Source: Bacteroidota bacterium (GTDB lineage: Bacteria > Bacteroidota > Bacteroidia > NS11-12g > UBA955). Taken from it: 64,000 nucleotides of DNA. The notes beneath the pieces are model-generated. The model was not told the DNA's origin, made no database searches, and saw only the letters and a program-made list of their open reading frames with translations. The DNA lies in assembly GCA_030834125.1 (NCBI GenBank), contig JAURFW010000001.1, forward strand, positions 160,200 to 224,199, written 5' to 3'. This document shows positions 1 through 10,690 of the stretch, in pieces; positions within the stretch are counted from its first letter, which is position 1, and every line of letters begins with the position of its first letter. Made by a program: the position numbers and the translations under genes.

Positions 1-552
1 TATTCAGAAGAATCTTTTAATGTTTATTGGCAAGATTTAATCTCAAGCTTGGGTCCTGAGCTTATTTCAACAGAAGGCCTATCTCCTATTGAAACACTTA
101 CTCAATATCTACTAATGAATAACTGGAAAATTTCTACTGCCGAAAGTTGCACTGGTGGATATATTGCCAATGAACTCGTAAAACAGCCTGGCATTTCTAA
201 AGTGTTTCCAGGTAGTTTGGTAACTTACAGTAATGAATCTAAAAATCACCTTTTAGGAGTTTCAAATGATTCATTAAATAAATATGGCGCAGTTAGCGAA
301 ATAGTAGCCACTGAGATGATCCAAGGGCTAAAAAATAGATTCAAAACAGAATGTTCAATTGTTACTACTGGAATAGCTGGTCCTAGCGGAGGTACTGAAA
401 ATAAATCCGTAGGTAGTATTTACATCGGCACTAGATTCAATGATAAGATTGAAATAAAATATTATAAATTGAGAGGAGACCGTAAAGAGTTCATGAAAAG
501 AGCACTTCAACATGCAATTTATCAATTGATAGAAATGTTCAGAAGAATCTAA
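1..552 (+). CDS. cinA: CinA / NMN deamidase (PncC) domain protein, 5'-truncated by the window edge
   Basis: Motifs STAESCTGG, VTYSNESK, GAVSE and TTGIAGPSGGT. The frame is open from base 1, so the TTG at 49 is probably not the start. Confidence 0.88.
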   Translation, partial: YSEESFNVYWQDLISSLGPELISTEGLSPIETLTQYLLMNNWKISTAESCTGGYIANELVKQPGISKVFPGSLVTYSNESKNHLLGVSNDSLNKYGAVSEIVATEMIQGLKNRFKTECSIVTTGIAGPSGGTENKSVGSIYIGTRFNDKIEIKYYKLRGDRKEFMKRALQHAIYQLIEMFRRI

Positions 553-572
553 AATCAACCGACTTTTTGAAT

Positions 573-580
573 TAATTTTG
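573..580 (+). promoter_or_regulatory. Bacteroidota primary-sigma -7 box (TAATTTTG) of guaA
   Basis: Matches TAnnTTTG, 7 nt before the ATG at 588. Confidence 0.6.
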
Positions 581-587
581 AAGTCAG

Positions 588-2126
588 ATGTCTGAGAAAG
601 TTATCATTTTAGATTTTGGATCACAATACACTCAACTAATTGCCAGAAGATTAAGAGAATTAAACGTTTTTTGTGAAATTCAACCCTTCGACAAACCCAT
701 AGATTATAATGATGGAGTTAAAGGCGTTATTTTGAGTGGTAGTCCATGTTCTGTGAATGATGAAGATGCCCCGCAAATCAATACTAAAGAAATTTATTCG
801 AAAGTTCCGCTTTTAGGTGTTTGTTATGGTGCTCAATATTTGGCAAAATCTCATGGAGGAATTGTTGAAAAAAGTGAACATAGGGAATATGGTCGTGCTA
901 AAATGATACAAAATGGCAATCATAACGCCTTACTTGACGGACTAACATATGAAAGCCAAGTATGGATGAGCCATGGCGACAGTATCACTCAATTACCTGA
1001 AAATACAAAAATAATTGCAACCACGGATAGTATTCCCGTAGCGGCATTCGAGTTAACAGGTACTGAAAATCCTACTTATGGAATTCAATTTCACCCTGAA
1101 GTTTATCATAGTACTGAGGGATTAGAGCTACTTAAAAACTTTGTATATTCAGTTTGTGGATGTAAGGGTGATTGGACCCCTGGTCATTTTGTAGATGAAT
1201 CAGTTTTAGAACTTCAGAATGAAATTGGTGAACAAGACATCGTAATCTTAGGGCTTTCTGGCGGTGTAGACTCAACCGTTGCCAGTTTGTTACTCCATAA
1301 GGCCATTGGAAAAAGATTAGTTTGTATTTTTATTGATAATGGTCTTCTCAGAAAAAATGAATTCCACGAGGTATTAGAAAATTATAGACAGCTTAACTTG
1401 AATGTAATAGGTATTGATGCTTCTGAGGAATTTTATAATGCACTATCGGGAATTTCAGACCCAGAAGGAAAGCGAAAAGCAATAGGAAGAGTGTTTGTTG
1501 AAGTTTTTCAGAAAGAAGCGGCTAAAATAAAAGATGCGAAGTGGTTAGCTCAAGGAACTATTTATCCAGACATTATTGAAAGTGTAAGTGTTAAAGGTCC
1601 TTCAGCAACTATTAAAAGTCACCATAATGTTGGTGGATTACCAGAAAAAATGCATTTGAAAGTGGTTGAACCTTTAAAAATGTTATTCAAAGATGAGGTA
1701 AGACGAGTAGGAAAAGCATTAGGTTTATCAGATAGTTTCCTAAATAGACATCCTTTTCCTGGACCAGGATTGGGAATTAGAATTCTTGGAGACATCACTG
1801 CAGATAAAGTAAAATTATTGCAAGAAGCAGATGCCATATATATAGAGAAACTTAAATCTACTGGCTGGTACGATAAAATTTGGCAAGCCGGAGCAATTTT
1901 ATTGCCGGTTTACAGCGTCGGAGTCATGGGTGATGAAAGAACATATGAACAGGTTGTGGCATTACGTGCTGTGGGAAGTACCGATGGAATGACGGCTGAC
2001 TGGATTCATTTACCCTACGAAATGTTAGCAGATATATCAAATGCAATTATTAATCGTGTAAAAGGTATTAACAGAGTAGTATACGATATAAGTTCAAAAC
2101 CACCAGCAACAATTGAATGGGAATAA
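588..2126 (+). CDS. guaA: GMP synthase (glutamine-hydrolysing)
   Basis: [20 protein letters not shown] (catalytic Cys), [22 protein letters not shown] and C-terminal KPPATIEWE. Confidence 0.98.
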   Translation: MSEKVIILDFGSQYTQLIARRLRELNVFCEIQPFDKPIDYNDGVKGVILSGSPCSVNDEDAPQINTKEIYSKVPLLGVCYGAQYLAKSHGGIVEKSEHREYGRAKMIQNGNHNALLDGLTYESQVWMSHGDSITQLPENTKIIATTDSIPVAAFELTGTENPTYGIQFHPEVYHSTEGLELLKNFVYSVCGCKGDWTPGHFVDESVLELQNEIGEQDIVILGLSGGVDSTVASLLLHKAIGKRLVCIFIDNGLLRKNEFHEVLENYRQLNLNVIGIDASEEFYNALSGISDPEGKRKAIGRVFVEVFQKEAAKIKDAKWLAQGTIYPDIIESVSVKGPSATIKSHHNVGGLPEKMHLKVVEPLKMLFKDEVRRVGKALGLSDSFLNRHPFPGPGLGIRILGDITADKVKLLQEADAIYIEKLKSTGWYDKIWQAGAILLPVYSVGVMGDERTYEQVVALRAVGSTDGMTADWIHLPYEMLADISNAIINRVKGINRVVYDISSKPPATIEWE

Positions 2127-3235
2127 CTAAAAAATACAATCTTTATAGGAGCTTCATTATTTTATTTCTCTCGTTACTAATTTTAAATATTAACGGTCAA
2201 AGTGAAATTAAATCAAATAGCAATTACAGGATTGGTGTGTTTCTTCCGTTTTCAGCATCAACTGATGCCGAAGGGAATATTGATAAACAACAGCAATTAA
2301 TATCATATGCCATGATGGATTTCTATGGTGGCATTCAGCTTGCACTTGAAAACCTATCTAAACTTGGTTTTAGTGCTGATGTTTACACATGGAATTCTCA
2401 TGGGAAATCTACCACAGAACTAAACCAAATAATTGAATCGAATACCTTTAAATCTTTAGATATTCTTATTGGACCTATCGACGATAAAGTGGCCGTTGAG
2501 ATTAGTCAATCAAACCCAACTATTATACAAGTATCTCCTTTAAAATACCTAAAAAACAATTCTAATACCATTAACTTTTTTCAGAAAAAAGAGAATCGAT
2601 TTGAATCTGTTTTCGAAGGAGTAGTTAACAGGTTTTCAAACTACAAAATATGCATTATTTCTAATAATATAGCTAAAGCGCAAATCACTGTAAAAAATCT
2701 ATTAAAAGATGATAAGGATAGTAAAACTGTGAGTTATCATAGCTACAAAAATGGATCTATAAAACCAAATATTCCTTCTGGTGATGATATTATCATGGTG
2801 ATTGATGGAATTTCCCAAACTCAAAAATTGAGTCTAACTAAAAGAATTAATAGAAAGACCAACAGTTATATAATTGCAGATCATACTTGGTTTGACAATT
2901 TCCTATCTACGGAGGAAGTTGATGAGTCATTAATAATTTACCCCACAATAAATTATATTTTCGGATTAGATTCAAGCACGCAAGAATTTTCTAATCAATA
3001 CTTAGATAGTTTCCATGCAGAACCTAGCAGATTTGGTTATCAAGGTTATGATCAAATGTGGTTTATTGGAAATGCATTGTTAACATTTGGGATTGATTTT
3101 ATGGAGTTTTTGCCAAAAGCTGAATTTTCAGGAACAATAAATAACATTGCTCTTAAAAAAAGCGAATATGGTATGATAAATAAAGGAATTAGGTTTATTT
3201 ACCGAAAAGAATCAGAATTAATTTGTTGGGATTAA
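2117..3235 (+). CDS. Exported protein with a periplasmic-binding-protein type 1-like fold
   Basis: N-terminal hydrophobic signal. [22 protein letters not shown] and GYQGYD resemble PBP1-like proteins. Overlaps the end of guaA by 10 nt. Confidence 0.6.
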   Translation: MGITKKYNLYRSFIILFLSLLILNINGQSEIKSNSNYRIGVFLPFSASTDAEGNIDKQQQLISYAMMDFYGGIQLALENLSKLGFSADVYTWNSHGKSTTELNQIIESNTFKSLDILIGPIDDKVAVEISQSNPTIIQVSPLKYLKNNSNTINFFQKKENRFESVFEGVVNRFSNYKICIISNNIAKAQITVKNLLKDDKDSKTVSYHSYKNGSIKPNIPSGDDIIMVIDGISQTQKLSLTKRINRKTNSYIIADHTWFDNFLSTEEVDESLIIYPTINYIFGLDSSTQEFSNQYLDSFHAEPSRFGYQGYDQMWFIGNALLTFGIDFMEFLPKAEFSGTINNIALKKSEYGMINKGIRFIYRKESELICWD

Positions 3236-4288
3236 GTGAGCATAATTCACCGTCGGATACAGATTGCCCTTTCATTTATTAAAGAATATCCCGGAGATAT
3301 CCCCTTTTCTATATACATAAAAAAAATTTTTAAACAAAATAAAAATTGGGGATCAAAGGACCGCAAATTTTACCGAGAAATATCGTATTTATATTGGAAG
3401 ACAGCACATCAAATAGATGATTTGAATGACTCAAATACAATTGATTTTTTGATTAACAAATTGGAAGATCCCGAGGAATTAAAAACATCTCCCTATGAAA
3501 AATTCAATTTAGAATTATCTGCCGGAATTGATAATACGATTTTAAAAGAGTGGTTTCTGCCACAAGCTCCAACTTTTCTATATCATTTAAATTCTATTGG
3601 TGAAATAAAAAATGGAGAACGAACTGATATAGATAATTGTATTGCTTTTAAGGCAGATACAAACTTGGAAACGTATATTGAAAGTGGAGCTGGAATAATA
3701 CAAGATTGGTCGAGTACGGCAAGTATTAAGTTTTTATTGGAAAAAATGCAACCCAATTCAATTTGGGAAACATGCGCAGGTGCAGGTGGTAAGAGTATTT
3801 TATTAAGCTATTTACTGAATAATAAAAAACACATAGCCTCGGATATTAGAAAAAGTATTATAAATAATTTAAAAAACAGATTTGCCCTATTAGATATACC
3901 TCATCCAGAAACTCAAATCATTGATTTATCAAAAGCTGATTCTATATCTAAAATACCTGCTACCGAAATTGTTATTGCCGATATGCCTTGTTCTGGAAGC
4001 GGCACATGGAGAAGAACTCCTGAAAGGCTTAGCTTCTCTAACAAAAGTGAAATATTGAATTACTCAGTTCGCCAATTAAGATATTTACAAAACATTGCAA
4101 ATAATCACAGTCATTCGTTCATTTATTATATGACATGTTCAATATTTCGCGCTGAAAACGAAGATGTAGTAGATAAATTCTTAAACACAAACTCTAATTA
4201 TTCAGTGGAGTGGCAAAATCATTTTCATACTTCCCATTTTGGAGGAAGTGATTTTATATATGGATGTTTAATAAAACGAGTAGATTAA
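3236..4288 (+). CDS. RsmB/NOP (Fmu/Sun)-family RNA m5C methyltransferase
   Basis: CAGAGGKS, DMPCSGSGTWRR and YMTCS...ENE. GTG start. Confidence 0.88.
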   Translation: MSIIHRRIQIALSFIKEYPGDIPFSIYIKKIFKQNKNWGSKDRKFYREISYLYWKTAHQIDDLNDSNTIDFLINKLEDPEELKTSPYEKFNLELSAGIDNTILKEWFLPQAPTFLYHLNSIGEIKNGERTDIDNCIAFKADTNLETYIESGAGIIQDWSSTASIKFLLEKMQPNSIWETCAGAGGKSILLSYLLNNKKHIASDIRKSIINNLKNRFALLDIPHPETQIIDLSKADSISKIPATEIVIADMPCSGSGTWRRTPERLSFSNKSEILNYSVRQLRYLQNIANNHSHSFIYYMTCSIFRAENEDVVDKFLNTNSNYSVEWQNHFHTSHFGGSDFIYGCLIKRVD

Positions 4289-5271
4289 TAAGCCCATTTG
4301 AGGTATAGTGCACCCCAAGTAAAACCTCCACCAAAAGTGCTAAAAATTAAATTATCACCTTTCTTGAACTGAGATTCGAAATCATACAAACACAAAGGAA
4401 GAGTGGCTGCAGTTGTATTTCCGTATTTTTGGATATTGATTAAAACTTTTGATTTATCCAATCCCATTCTATCTGCAGTTGCATCAATAATTCTTAAGTT
4501 TGCCTGATGCGGAACTAGCCAATTGACTTCATCACCAGTAAGCCCATTACGTTGCATTACTTCATAACTTACATCAGCCATGTTTGTTACGGCAAATTTG
4601 AAAACGGTCTTACCTTCTTGATGAACATAATGTAATCTATCATCTATTGATTGGTGTGATGGTGGAATCATAGATCCTCCTGCAGGCTGTTTAAGAAACT
4701 CTTTACCGCTTCCGTCAGATCGCAAAATAGAATCAATAACCCCATTTCCTTCATAGTTAGGCTCTAATAACACTGCACCCGCTCCGTCACCAAAAATAAT
4801 ACAAGTGTTTCTATCCTCGTAATTAACGATAGCACTCATTTTATCAGCACCTACCACAAGAACTTTTTTATATTTTCCTGATTCAATCATTTTAGCACCT
4901 GTTTCAAGTGCATACAAAAAACCGGAACAAGCGGCAGCAATATCAAAACTCCAAGAATTAACTGCTCCGATTTTATCAGCAATAACATTTGCAGTAGCAG
5001 GGAAAATATAATCACCAGTAACTGTAGCACAAATAATTAAATCAATTTCTGCTGGATCGATATTTTTTTTCTCGAGCATTGGCAAGATTGCCCTAGCTGC
5101 AAGATCAGAAGTGGCTTTCCCTTCTTCTTTTAATATTCTTCTTTCTATGATACCAGTTCGTGATCGAATCCACTCGTCATTGGTATCCACCATAGTTTCA
5201 AGTTCCTTATTTGTTAAAATATATTCTGGAACGTAACCGCCGACTGCGGTTATTGCTGCATTAAAACTCAT
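4285..5271 (-). CDS. fabH: Beta-ketoacyl-ACP synthase III
   Basis: AACSGF, FGDGAGA, PHQANLRII, GNTTAA and FGGGFTWG. Confidence 0.97.
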   Translation of the reverse strand: MSFNAAITAVGGYVPEYILTNKELETMVDTNDEWIRSRTGIIERRILKEEGKATSDLAARAILPMLEKKNIDPAEIDLIICATVTGDYIFPATANVIADKIGAVNSWSFDIAAACSGFLYALETGAKMIESGKYKKVLVVGADKMSAIVNYEDRNTCIIFGDGAGAVLLEPNYEGNGVIDSILRSDGSGKEFLKQPAGGSMIPPSHQSIDDRLHYVHQEGKTVFKFAVTNMADVSYEVMQRNGLTGDEVNWLVPHQANLRIIDATADRMGLDKSKVLINIQKYGNTTAATLPLCLYDFESQFKKGDNLIFSTFGGGFTWGALYLKWAY

Positions 5272-5273
5272 TC

Positions 5274-6239
5274 TTAGTTTTCAGATGATTGTTGAGCAAG
5301 CAATTTAGTAAAAGCTTCGTTAACATGCTCACAAAAATTTGATTCAACTGAATTAATACACAATTCAGCCATTTTAATAAATGTACTAGCCTTAGATATA
5401 CCGTGACCAACAACGACAGGAGCATTTACACCTAAAATTAGGCCGCCGCCATGATCATTGAAATTCAACTGATTCAAAAAAGGATCATCAACCCCATTCT
5501 TGGTTAAATGGTAATAAAAACCTTCTATTATTTTTACAATTACGTTCCCGGTAAATCCGTCACAAACTAAAACATCTACGCCATCCTTAAAAACATCTCT
5601 ACCTTCAACATTACCTGCAAAATTAATTTGACCCGTATTTCGAAGGATTTGATTACTTGCTTTAGAAAGAATACTACCCTTTTCATCCTCTTCACCTATA
5701 TTAACGAGTCCAACTTTAGGATCGTCGATTTTTTGTATATATTTAGCATAGATAGACCCAAGAATGGCAAATTGTTGTATATGCTCAGGCTTATTATCGG
5801 CATTAGCACCCACATCAAGTATTATACCACTTTTAAAGCTAGGCTTTGGTACACTGGCTAAAAGTGCAGGTCGCTCAACACCTTTCGCTGTTTTAAGAAT
5901 TTGAATTGAACCAACTAACATAGCTCCAGTATTCCCCGCACTGAAAAACGCTTGTGTTTTCTTTTCAGCAAGGTCTACAAAACCTCTAAATATGGAAGAG
6001 TCTTTTTTACCAGCTATTGCTTTAACTGGATGCTCACCCATTTTAATAACTTCAGAACAATGTACTATTTCGAGACCTGAAATATCAAGATTATGCTCGT
6101 TTGCAACTTGTTTTATAACTGCTTCATCGCCGTATAGAACAAAGTTGACATCAACGAAACGATCACGGCAAAGTGTCGCCCCTTTAATTGCTTCAAGTGG
6201 AGCATAATCTCCACCCATTGCGTCAACTCCAATTCTCAT
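5274..6239 (-). CDS. plsX: Phosphate acyltransferase
   Basis: DAMGGDYAP, SAGNTGA, LDVGANAD and DGFTGNV. Lies in an rpmF-plsX-fabH arrangement. Confidence 0.96.
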   Translation of the reverse strand: MRIGVDAMGGDYAPLEAIKGATLCRDRFVDVNFVLYGDEAVIKQVANEHNLDISGLEIVHCSEVIKMGEHPVKAIAGKKDSSIFRGFVDLAEKKTQAFFSAGNTGAMLVGSIQILKTAKGVERPALLASVPKPSFKSGIILDVGANADNKPEHIQQFAILGSIYAKYIQKIDDPKVGLVNIGEEDEKGSILSKASNQILRNTGQINFAGNVEGRDVFKDGVDVLVCDGFTGNVIVKIIEGFYYHLTKNGVDDPFLNQLNFNDHGGGLILGVNAPVVVGHGISKASTFIKMAELCINSVESNFCEHVNEAFTKLLAQQSSEN

Positions 6240-6251
6240 TGTCGCTAAGAG

Positions 6252-6434
6252 TTAATCGTTACGACCCTTCATAACCTTTACACCGCGGTACATACCTGTT
6301 TCAAGGTTAACACGATGGTAAAGGGAAACGTCACCAGTAACTGGATCAGCAATCATAGGACGAGCTGTGTGTTTGTCATGTGTACGACGCTTATCTCTAC
6401 GTGTTTTGGAAATTTTTCTCTTTGGATGTGCCAT
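6252..6434 (-). CDS. rpmF: 50S ribosomal protein L32
   Basis: [22 protein letters not shown] and GMYRG. Lies between yceD and plsX. Confidence 0.96.
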   Translation of the reverse strand: MAHPKRKISKTRRDKRRTHDKHTARPMIADPVTGDVSLYHRVNLETGMYRGVKVMKGRND

Positions 6435-6445
6435 TTTTTCCTATT

Positions 6446-6991
6446 TTATTTTTTATCTATTAATTTCTTTAACGCATCCCATCTGGGATCTGTTCCTTTT
6501 TCTCTTTCGTTTTTTGAAACTCCTTTTAATTTTTCTAACATGGTTGAATCGCAAGATTTATTATTCTCTAATTCACAGTTAACAACCATAGGTATTTGAG
6601 TTAAAAATGATTCATAAACATATTGCGCTACATTTATTTTAAACTCATTAGAGGCTAAATAAACTACATCTAAATCTAATGGGTTATTATCATTTTTATT
6701 GAAATTTTCTTGATTCAAATGATAAATACATTTATGATTAGGTTTAACATTAAAACTTACATCATTTAAACAACGCACGCATTGCATATTAAGCATTCCA
6801 TCACCATGGATATTCAAGAGCAACATACTTTCCTGCCTATCTAGGAGAACTTGCACTTTAACATCTGAACTCAATACATCAGAATTATTAAAATTTTCAA
6901 AGAACGTTTTATCGATATGATATTCCAAGGAGTGTTTTGCTATTTTCAGCTTGACAAACTCAATATCAAATTCACTCAAAATAAATGACAT
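6446..6991 (-). CDS. yceD: YceD / DUF177 family protein
   Basis: CVRCL and C-terminal DPRWDALKKL, upstream of rpmF. Start moved to ATG 6991 because the longer ORF runs through the promoter. Confidence 0.88.
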   Translation of the reverse strand: MSFILSEFDIEFVKLKIAKHSLEYHIDKTFFENFNNSDVLSSDVKVQVLLDRQESMLLLNIHGDGMLNMQCVRCLNDVSFNVKPNHKCIYHLNQENFNKNDNNPLDLDVVYLASNEFKINVAQYVYESFLTQIPMVVNCELENNKSCDSTMLEKLKGVSKNEREKGTDPRWDALKKLIDKK

Positions 6992-7007
6992 AACGATAAA
7001 TGAACGG

Positions 7008-7041
7008 CAAAGATACAAAATGTTCCTTTCATTTTTGCAAA
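7008..7041 (-). promoter_or_regulatory. Promoter of yceD-rpmF-plsX-fabH
   Basis: -7 box TATCTTTG (7015-7008) and TTTG (7041-7038) on the minus strand. Confidence 0.65.
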
Positions 7042-7048
7042 TACCCAT

Positions 7049-7078
7049 AAAAAAAGGCGACTATATAGCCGCCTTTTT
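7049..7078 (-). terminator. Intrinsic terminator of the gldKLMN operon
   Basis: Minus strand reads AAAAAGGCGGCTATATAGTCGCCTTTTTTT, just after the gldN stop. Confidence 0.85.
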
Positions 7079-7095
7079 GTTATTTATAAATTTAC

Positions 7096-8193
7096 TTAAT
7101 ATTCGAATAAATCATGTTCGAATATAAAAAGATCATTTTTTATTCTTTCACCCTCTAGCTTAGCCGCAATTTTATCAAATTTAGTTTCTGGCCTCTCATG
7201 AATATATTGATTATATACATTCGATTCTTTTACAATATAACTATCAAATCTTCGATCAATATTTATATGTCTATCCCAGTTAGATTTCTGCGCATCATTA
7301 TATCTATTAAATACCTCTGACTGTGCAAGCGTCGGTCTTAAATCAGCCATTTTTACCCAATAAAGACCATCATGCCAACTTACAAGATCTCTGTAGGTCG
7401 GATTTTTGGACTGATCAGCACCTGTAACATTTAACATTATGGGAGCAATTCCAATAATAATAGGTTCAAATGATCCATGTTTATAATCGAAAATCCAATC
7501 TTCCATAATTTCAAACATCAATATATCTTCAAATGTGTAAAACCCTGGAATTTTCATATCCTTGTAGTTTGCTGGGTCATCAGGATCTAAATGTGAAGCC
7601 TTTAATAGGGAAGTATCTTTTAAGTACTTACATCGTCTTTGAACGTCTTCCGGTGACATATAGCCTTGAACGCCAAATTCAAAAGAATCAGTAAAATAGG
7701 TAGGTACTACACCTTCCAAAGCTAACTCATGAATAATTTTTGTAATTGGAGCCCCTGGCCACCTCCAAACAAGATTTTCCTTATGGTTTAAATCTAGCCG
7801 GCGCCAAATTCTTTTTCGAAATTTTATATCTGATTCTACTAAATATGGTCTCGTTATAAGATTTAAACGACCATTTGAAATTGCATCTAATGTGTCCTTG
7901 TTTACAAATTGGGGTTCGACATATCGTTTTGGATCACCATTTTTTGAACCATCAGGAGCATAAGATGGTTTCCAATCTTTATACCTATCCTTAAGCACTG
8001 AATCAACAGAAATTTCCTTTGGACCATCATCTCCTGATGAAAAATCGGAGGTCAATCCACCATCGTCTCCATTAGAAGAATTATCATTAAAATCACCGAA
8101 GTTATCATCTCCCGCATCATCCATTTCAAAATCTTGAGCAAACAAGCTCAGTGATGAAAAGAAAATTAAACAAAAAACAAACTTTAATTTCAT
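7096..8193 (-). CDS. gldN: Gliding motility / T9SS protein GldN (PorN)
   Basis: Signal peptide, RKRIWRRLDL, EDWIFD, IIGIAP, RRFDSYIVKESN and C-terminal FEHDLFEY. Follows gldM. Confidence 0.92.
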   Translation of the reverse strand: MKLKFVFCLIFFSSLSLFAQDFEMDDAGDDNFGDFNDNSSNGDDGGLTSDFSSGDDGPKEISVDSVLKDRYKDWKPSYAPDGSKNGDPKRYVEPQFVNKDTLDAISNGRLNLITRPYLVESDIKFRKRIWRRLDLNHKENLVWRWPGAPITKIIHELALEGVVPTYFTDSFEFGVQGYMSPEDVQRRCKYLKDTSLLKASHLDPDDPANYKDMKIPGFYTFEDILMFEIMEDWIFDYKHGSFEPIIIGIAPIMLNVTGADQSKNPTYRDLVSWHDGLYWVKMADLRPTLAQSEVFNRYNDAQKSNWDRHINIDRRFDSYIVKESNVYNQYIHERPETKFDKIAAKLEGERIKNDLFIFEHDLFEY

Positions 8194-8201
8194 ATTTAAA
8201 T

Positions 8202-9959
8202 TTATTTAATTGAACAATTAACATTATCCAGATACACCATTCCAAGAGGACCTTTGGCCTTGATATCATAGAATATAATTTGATCTTTTCTACGTGCCTT
8301 GCTCAAAATATTTTTTACACTTCCAGAAACATTTGGACCCTGACCTTCACCGGTCATTTTACCACCACCACGTCTCAATTCCACTCCATAACTAATTATT
8401 TCGAATTTAACACCTTCAAATGCAAAACCGTCTAAATACGCAGTTAATCTGTTTATACCTGCTACCTTACTAGCATCCAAACTCCCAGACCAGTTAGAAA
8501 TGGAACCCGCTGTCAATCTTGGTTTAGGAACCTGTTTAATTCTAAATAATTGTTTACCCATAGATTTAATACCTCCATCAATCTTAGCAGCAACATTAAC
8601 TGTCACAACTTGCGATTGGTATGAATTATTCAATTCTATAGCATACTTTCCACCAGAACCTGTTAACCTAATTCCCGAAGAACTGGGAGAGATTGAAACT
8701 ATGACATTTTTGGGATCCACACCACCAACGGAAACACTAATATCGTTTTTTAAACCTACGTAAAGCACATTCATATTTGTAGCGGCTATAGTAGCTTGAG
8801 GAGCAAAAGCAGTAAACTCCGCTTCGGCCGTCTTAATATCAGTTCCACCGCCCGGTTTTGGAATTTCAATTTTAACATTCATTTTGTTACTACCTGGTGA
8901 TTGCGGCGTAACCTTATATTTTCCTCTACCGGCTTCTACAGGAATCTCGCGCTCGTTAACGAATACTTTCATATTTGCTTTTGAGTTGTATGCAGCTAAG
9001 ATTATATCTGCTTCGTAAGTTTGACCAGTAACAACCGCTCCAGTTTTAGCTGAAACCACCGGTAAAATAGCATCGAACTTATAGTCTGCAGCAGAAACTG
9101 CCTCCCCTAGCGTTTGACACACTTCTGACTCCAATAATTTAGCATCATTTTCAATCTTAGATAACATTGCAAATACTGCGGCCAAAGGTGTTGAGTGCAT
9201 ATAAACCTCTGCCCATGCCATTTCTTTACCTTCAGAATCTTTAATTTTTCCAGACTTGGTGCTAAATGGATCATCCACTTTCCCCGCTTGAAGTGCCGTT
9301 TTTTGCGCCAATTCTTTCATCTTTCCAGATAAGAAAGTTTTTGTTTGTGCATTCTTGGTTAAAGATGTATCCTTCAAAGCCTCTGAAATAACAGCGAGCA
9401 TATCTACGCGCGCTTTGTTAATCATCAGCTCAAGGTCTTTACCTCTTTTTCCTTGTAATTCTTCGTTAAAATAACGTACATGATCATCAAGATTGTCACC
9501 TGCTTGCAATGGCGGCATTTCTCCAGCTTTATTTAAAGCCCAAGGAAATTTTTTGAAAATTTCAAAATCTTTCTTTTCTGCCTCATCTTCAGGTATTTTT
9601 AATGCATCAACTGGATCAATTCCATTATCCTTTGGATCTTGTGCACCCTGAACATAACGCATTAAATCTGTTTTGATATCATGAAGTTTATTAACGAACT
9701 CACCAGCAATATTACGGGTATCTTCAGAGTGCTTTAAAGCAGCCGCAGCAGCTTGATTTTCCCCTGATATTTTTTGCAACTGCGTTAACATTTGACCAGT
9801 TTTTGTGTCAATGTTAGCAGTTGATTTTATCAATGAATTATCGATAACCGTAAATGCTAATAAGATTTCTTTTGTCACATTCATCGCCAAAAGTGCCGTC
9901 AACACGAGATACATCATGTTGATCATCTTCTGACGTGGTGAAACTTTTCCTCCTGCCAT
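8202..9959 (-). CDS. gldM: Gliding motility / T9SS motor protein GldM (PorM)
   Basis: MAGGKVSPRQKMINMMYLVLTALLAMNV and MNVLYVGLKN. Confidence 0.96.
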   Translation of the reverse strand: MAGGKVSPRQKMINMMYLVLTALLAMNVTKEILLAFTVIDNSLIKSTANIDTKTGQMLTQLQKISGENQAAAAALKHSEDTRNIAGEFVNKLHDIKTDLMRYVQGAQDPKDNGIDPVDALKIPEDEAEKKDFEIFKKFPWALNKAGEMPPLQAGDNLDDHVRYFNEELQGKRGKDLELMINKARVDMLAVISEALKDTSLTKNAQTKTFLSGKMKELAQKTALQAGKVDDPFSTKSGKIKDSEGKEMAWAEVYMHSTPLAAVFAMLSKIENDAKLLESEVCQTLGEAVSAADYKFDAILPVVSAKTGAVVTGQTYEADIILAAYNSKANMKVFVNEREIPVEAGRGKYKVTPQSPGSNKMNVKIEIPKPGGGTDIKTAEAEFTAFAPQATIAATNMNVLYVGLKNDISVSVGGVDPKNVIVSISPSSSGIRLTGSGGKYAIELNNSYQSQVVTVNVAAKIDGGIKSMGKQLFRIKQVPKPRLTAGSISNWSGSLDASKVAGINRLTAYLDGFAFEGVKFEIISYGVELRRGGGKMTGEGQGPNVSGSVKNILSKARRKDQIIFYDIKAKGPLGMVYLDNVNCSIK

Positions 9960-9989
9960 TTTATGAAATCTTTATTCTTTAATTAACGA

Positions 9990-10634
9990 TTATTTACCCA
10001 TTGCGCTTAACATGTTACCATAAATGGTATTCAAGTTAGCCAAATTACTATTTAACGTTTCTATTTCCTCTTTGAACTGTGCAGTCGCAGATTCTGTTGC
10101 AGTGATATTATTCAATACACCGCTTAAACTGCTGGAGAAAGTTCCTAAAGAGTCAGATACCACAGAAGAGCTTTCAGATATAGAATTCATATTTGAAGCA
10201 GCTTTTGAAGCACTTTCTGCATATTCGTTTGTTGCAACAGCAGCACTAGACATTGAAGCCATATCTTTTACATTAGTTGATAGCGACTGCAGTCCACTGC
10301 CTAAACTTTCAATTAACTCCGGACCTACTTTAGCTTGAGTTAACATCGAATCTAATTGTTGAGATACACTTCCACCTTTTTTGCGATCAGTTGGCTCACC
10401 ACCCGCTAATTCTGGATATACTAATGACCAATCTGGTTCTGAATGAACTGGTTCAAATGCAGAAATAGTAAAGATCCCTGCCTCTGTCAATAATCCAACA
10501 GACAACATAATGTTTGCACCTGGTAGGTGAAGAATTTTAAAAAGTGCTCCTACAATTACTACGGCTGCACCAACACCATAAATAAAATTCATGGTTTTCT
10601 TCCACTTCTTTGATTCAAAAAAACTTTTGCTCAT
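9990..10634 (-). CDS. gldL: Gliding motility / T9SS motor protein GldL (PorL)
   Basis: YGVGAAVVIVGALFKILH, GLLTEA, DWSLVYPEL and YGNMLSAM. Confidence 0.97.
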   Translation of the reverse strand: MSKSFFESKKWKKTMNFIYGVGAAVVIVGALFKILHLPGANIMLSVGLLTEAGIFTISAFEPVHSEPDWSLVYPELAGGEPTDRKKGGSVSQQLDSMLTQAKVGPELIESLGSGLQSLSTNVKDMASMSSAAVATNEYAESASKAASNMNSISESSSVVSDSLGTFSSSLSGVLNNITATESATAQFKEEIETLNSNLANLNTIYGNMLSAMGK

Positions 10635-10690
10635 GTTAATTAGTTTAGTTTGTTTTTGTTATTTGGTTTTGTTTATTGTTTTGTTGTTAA

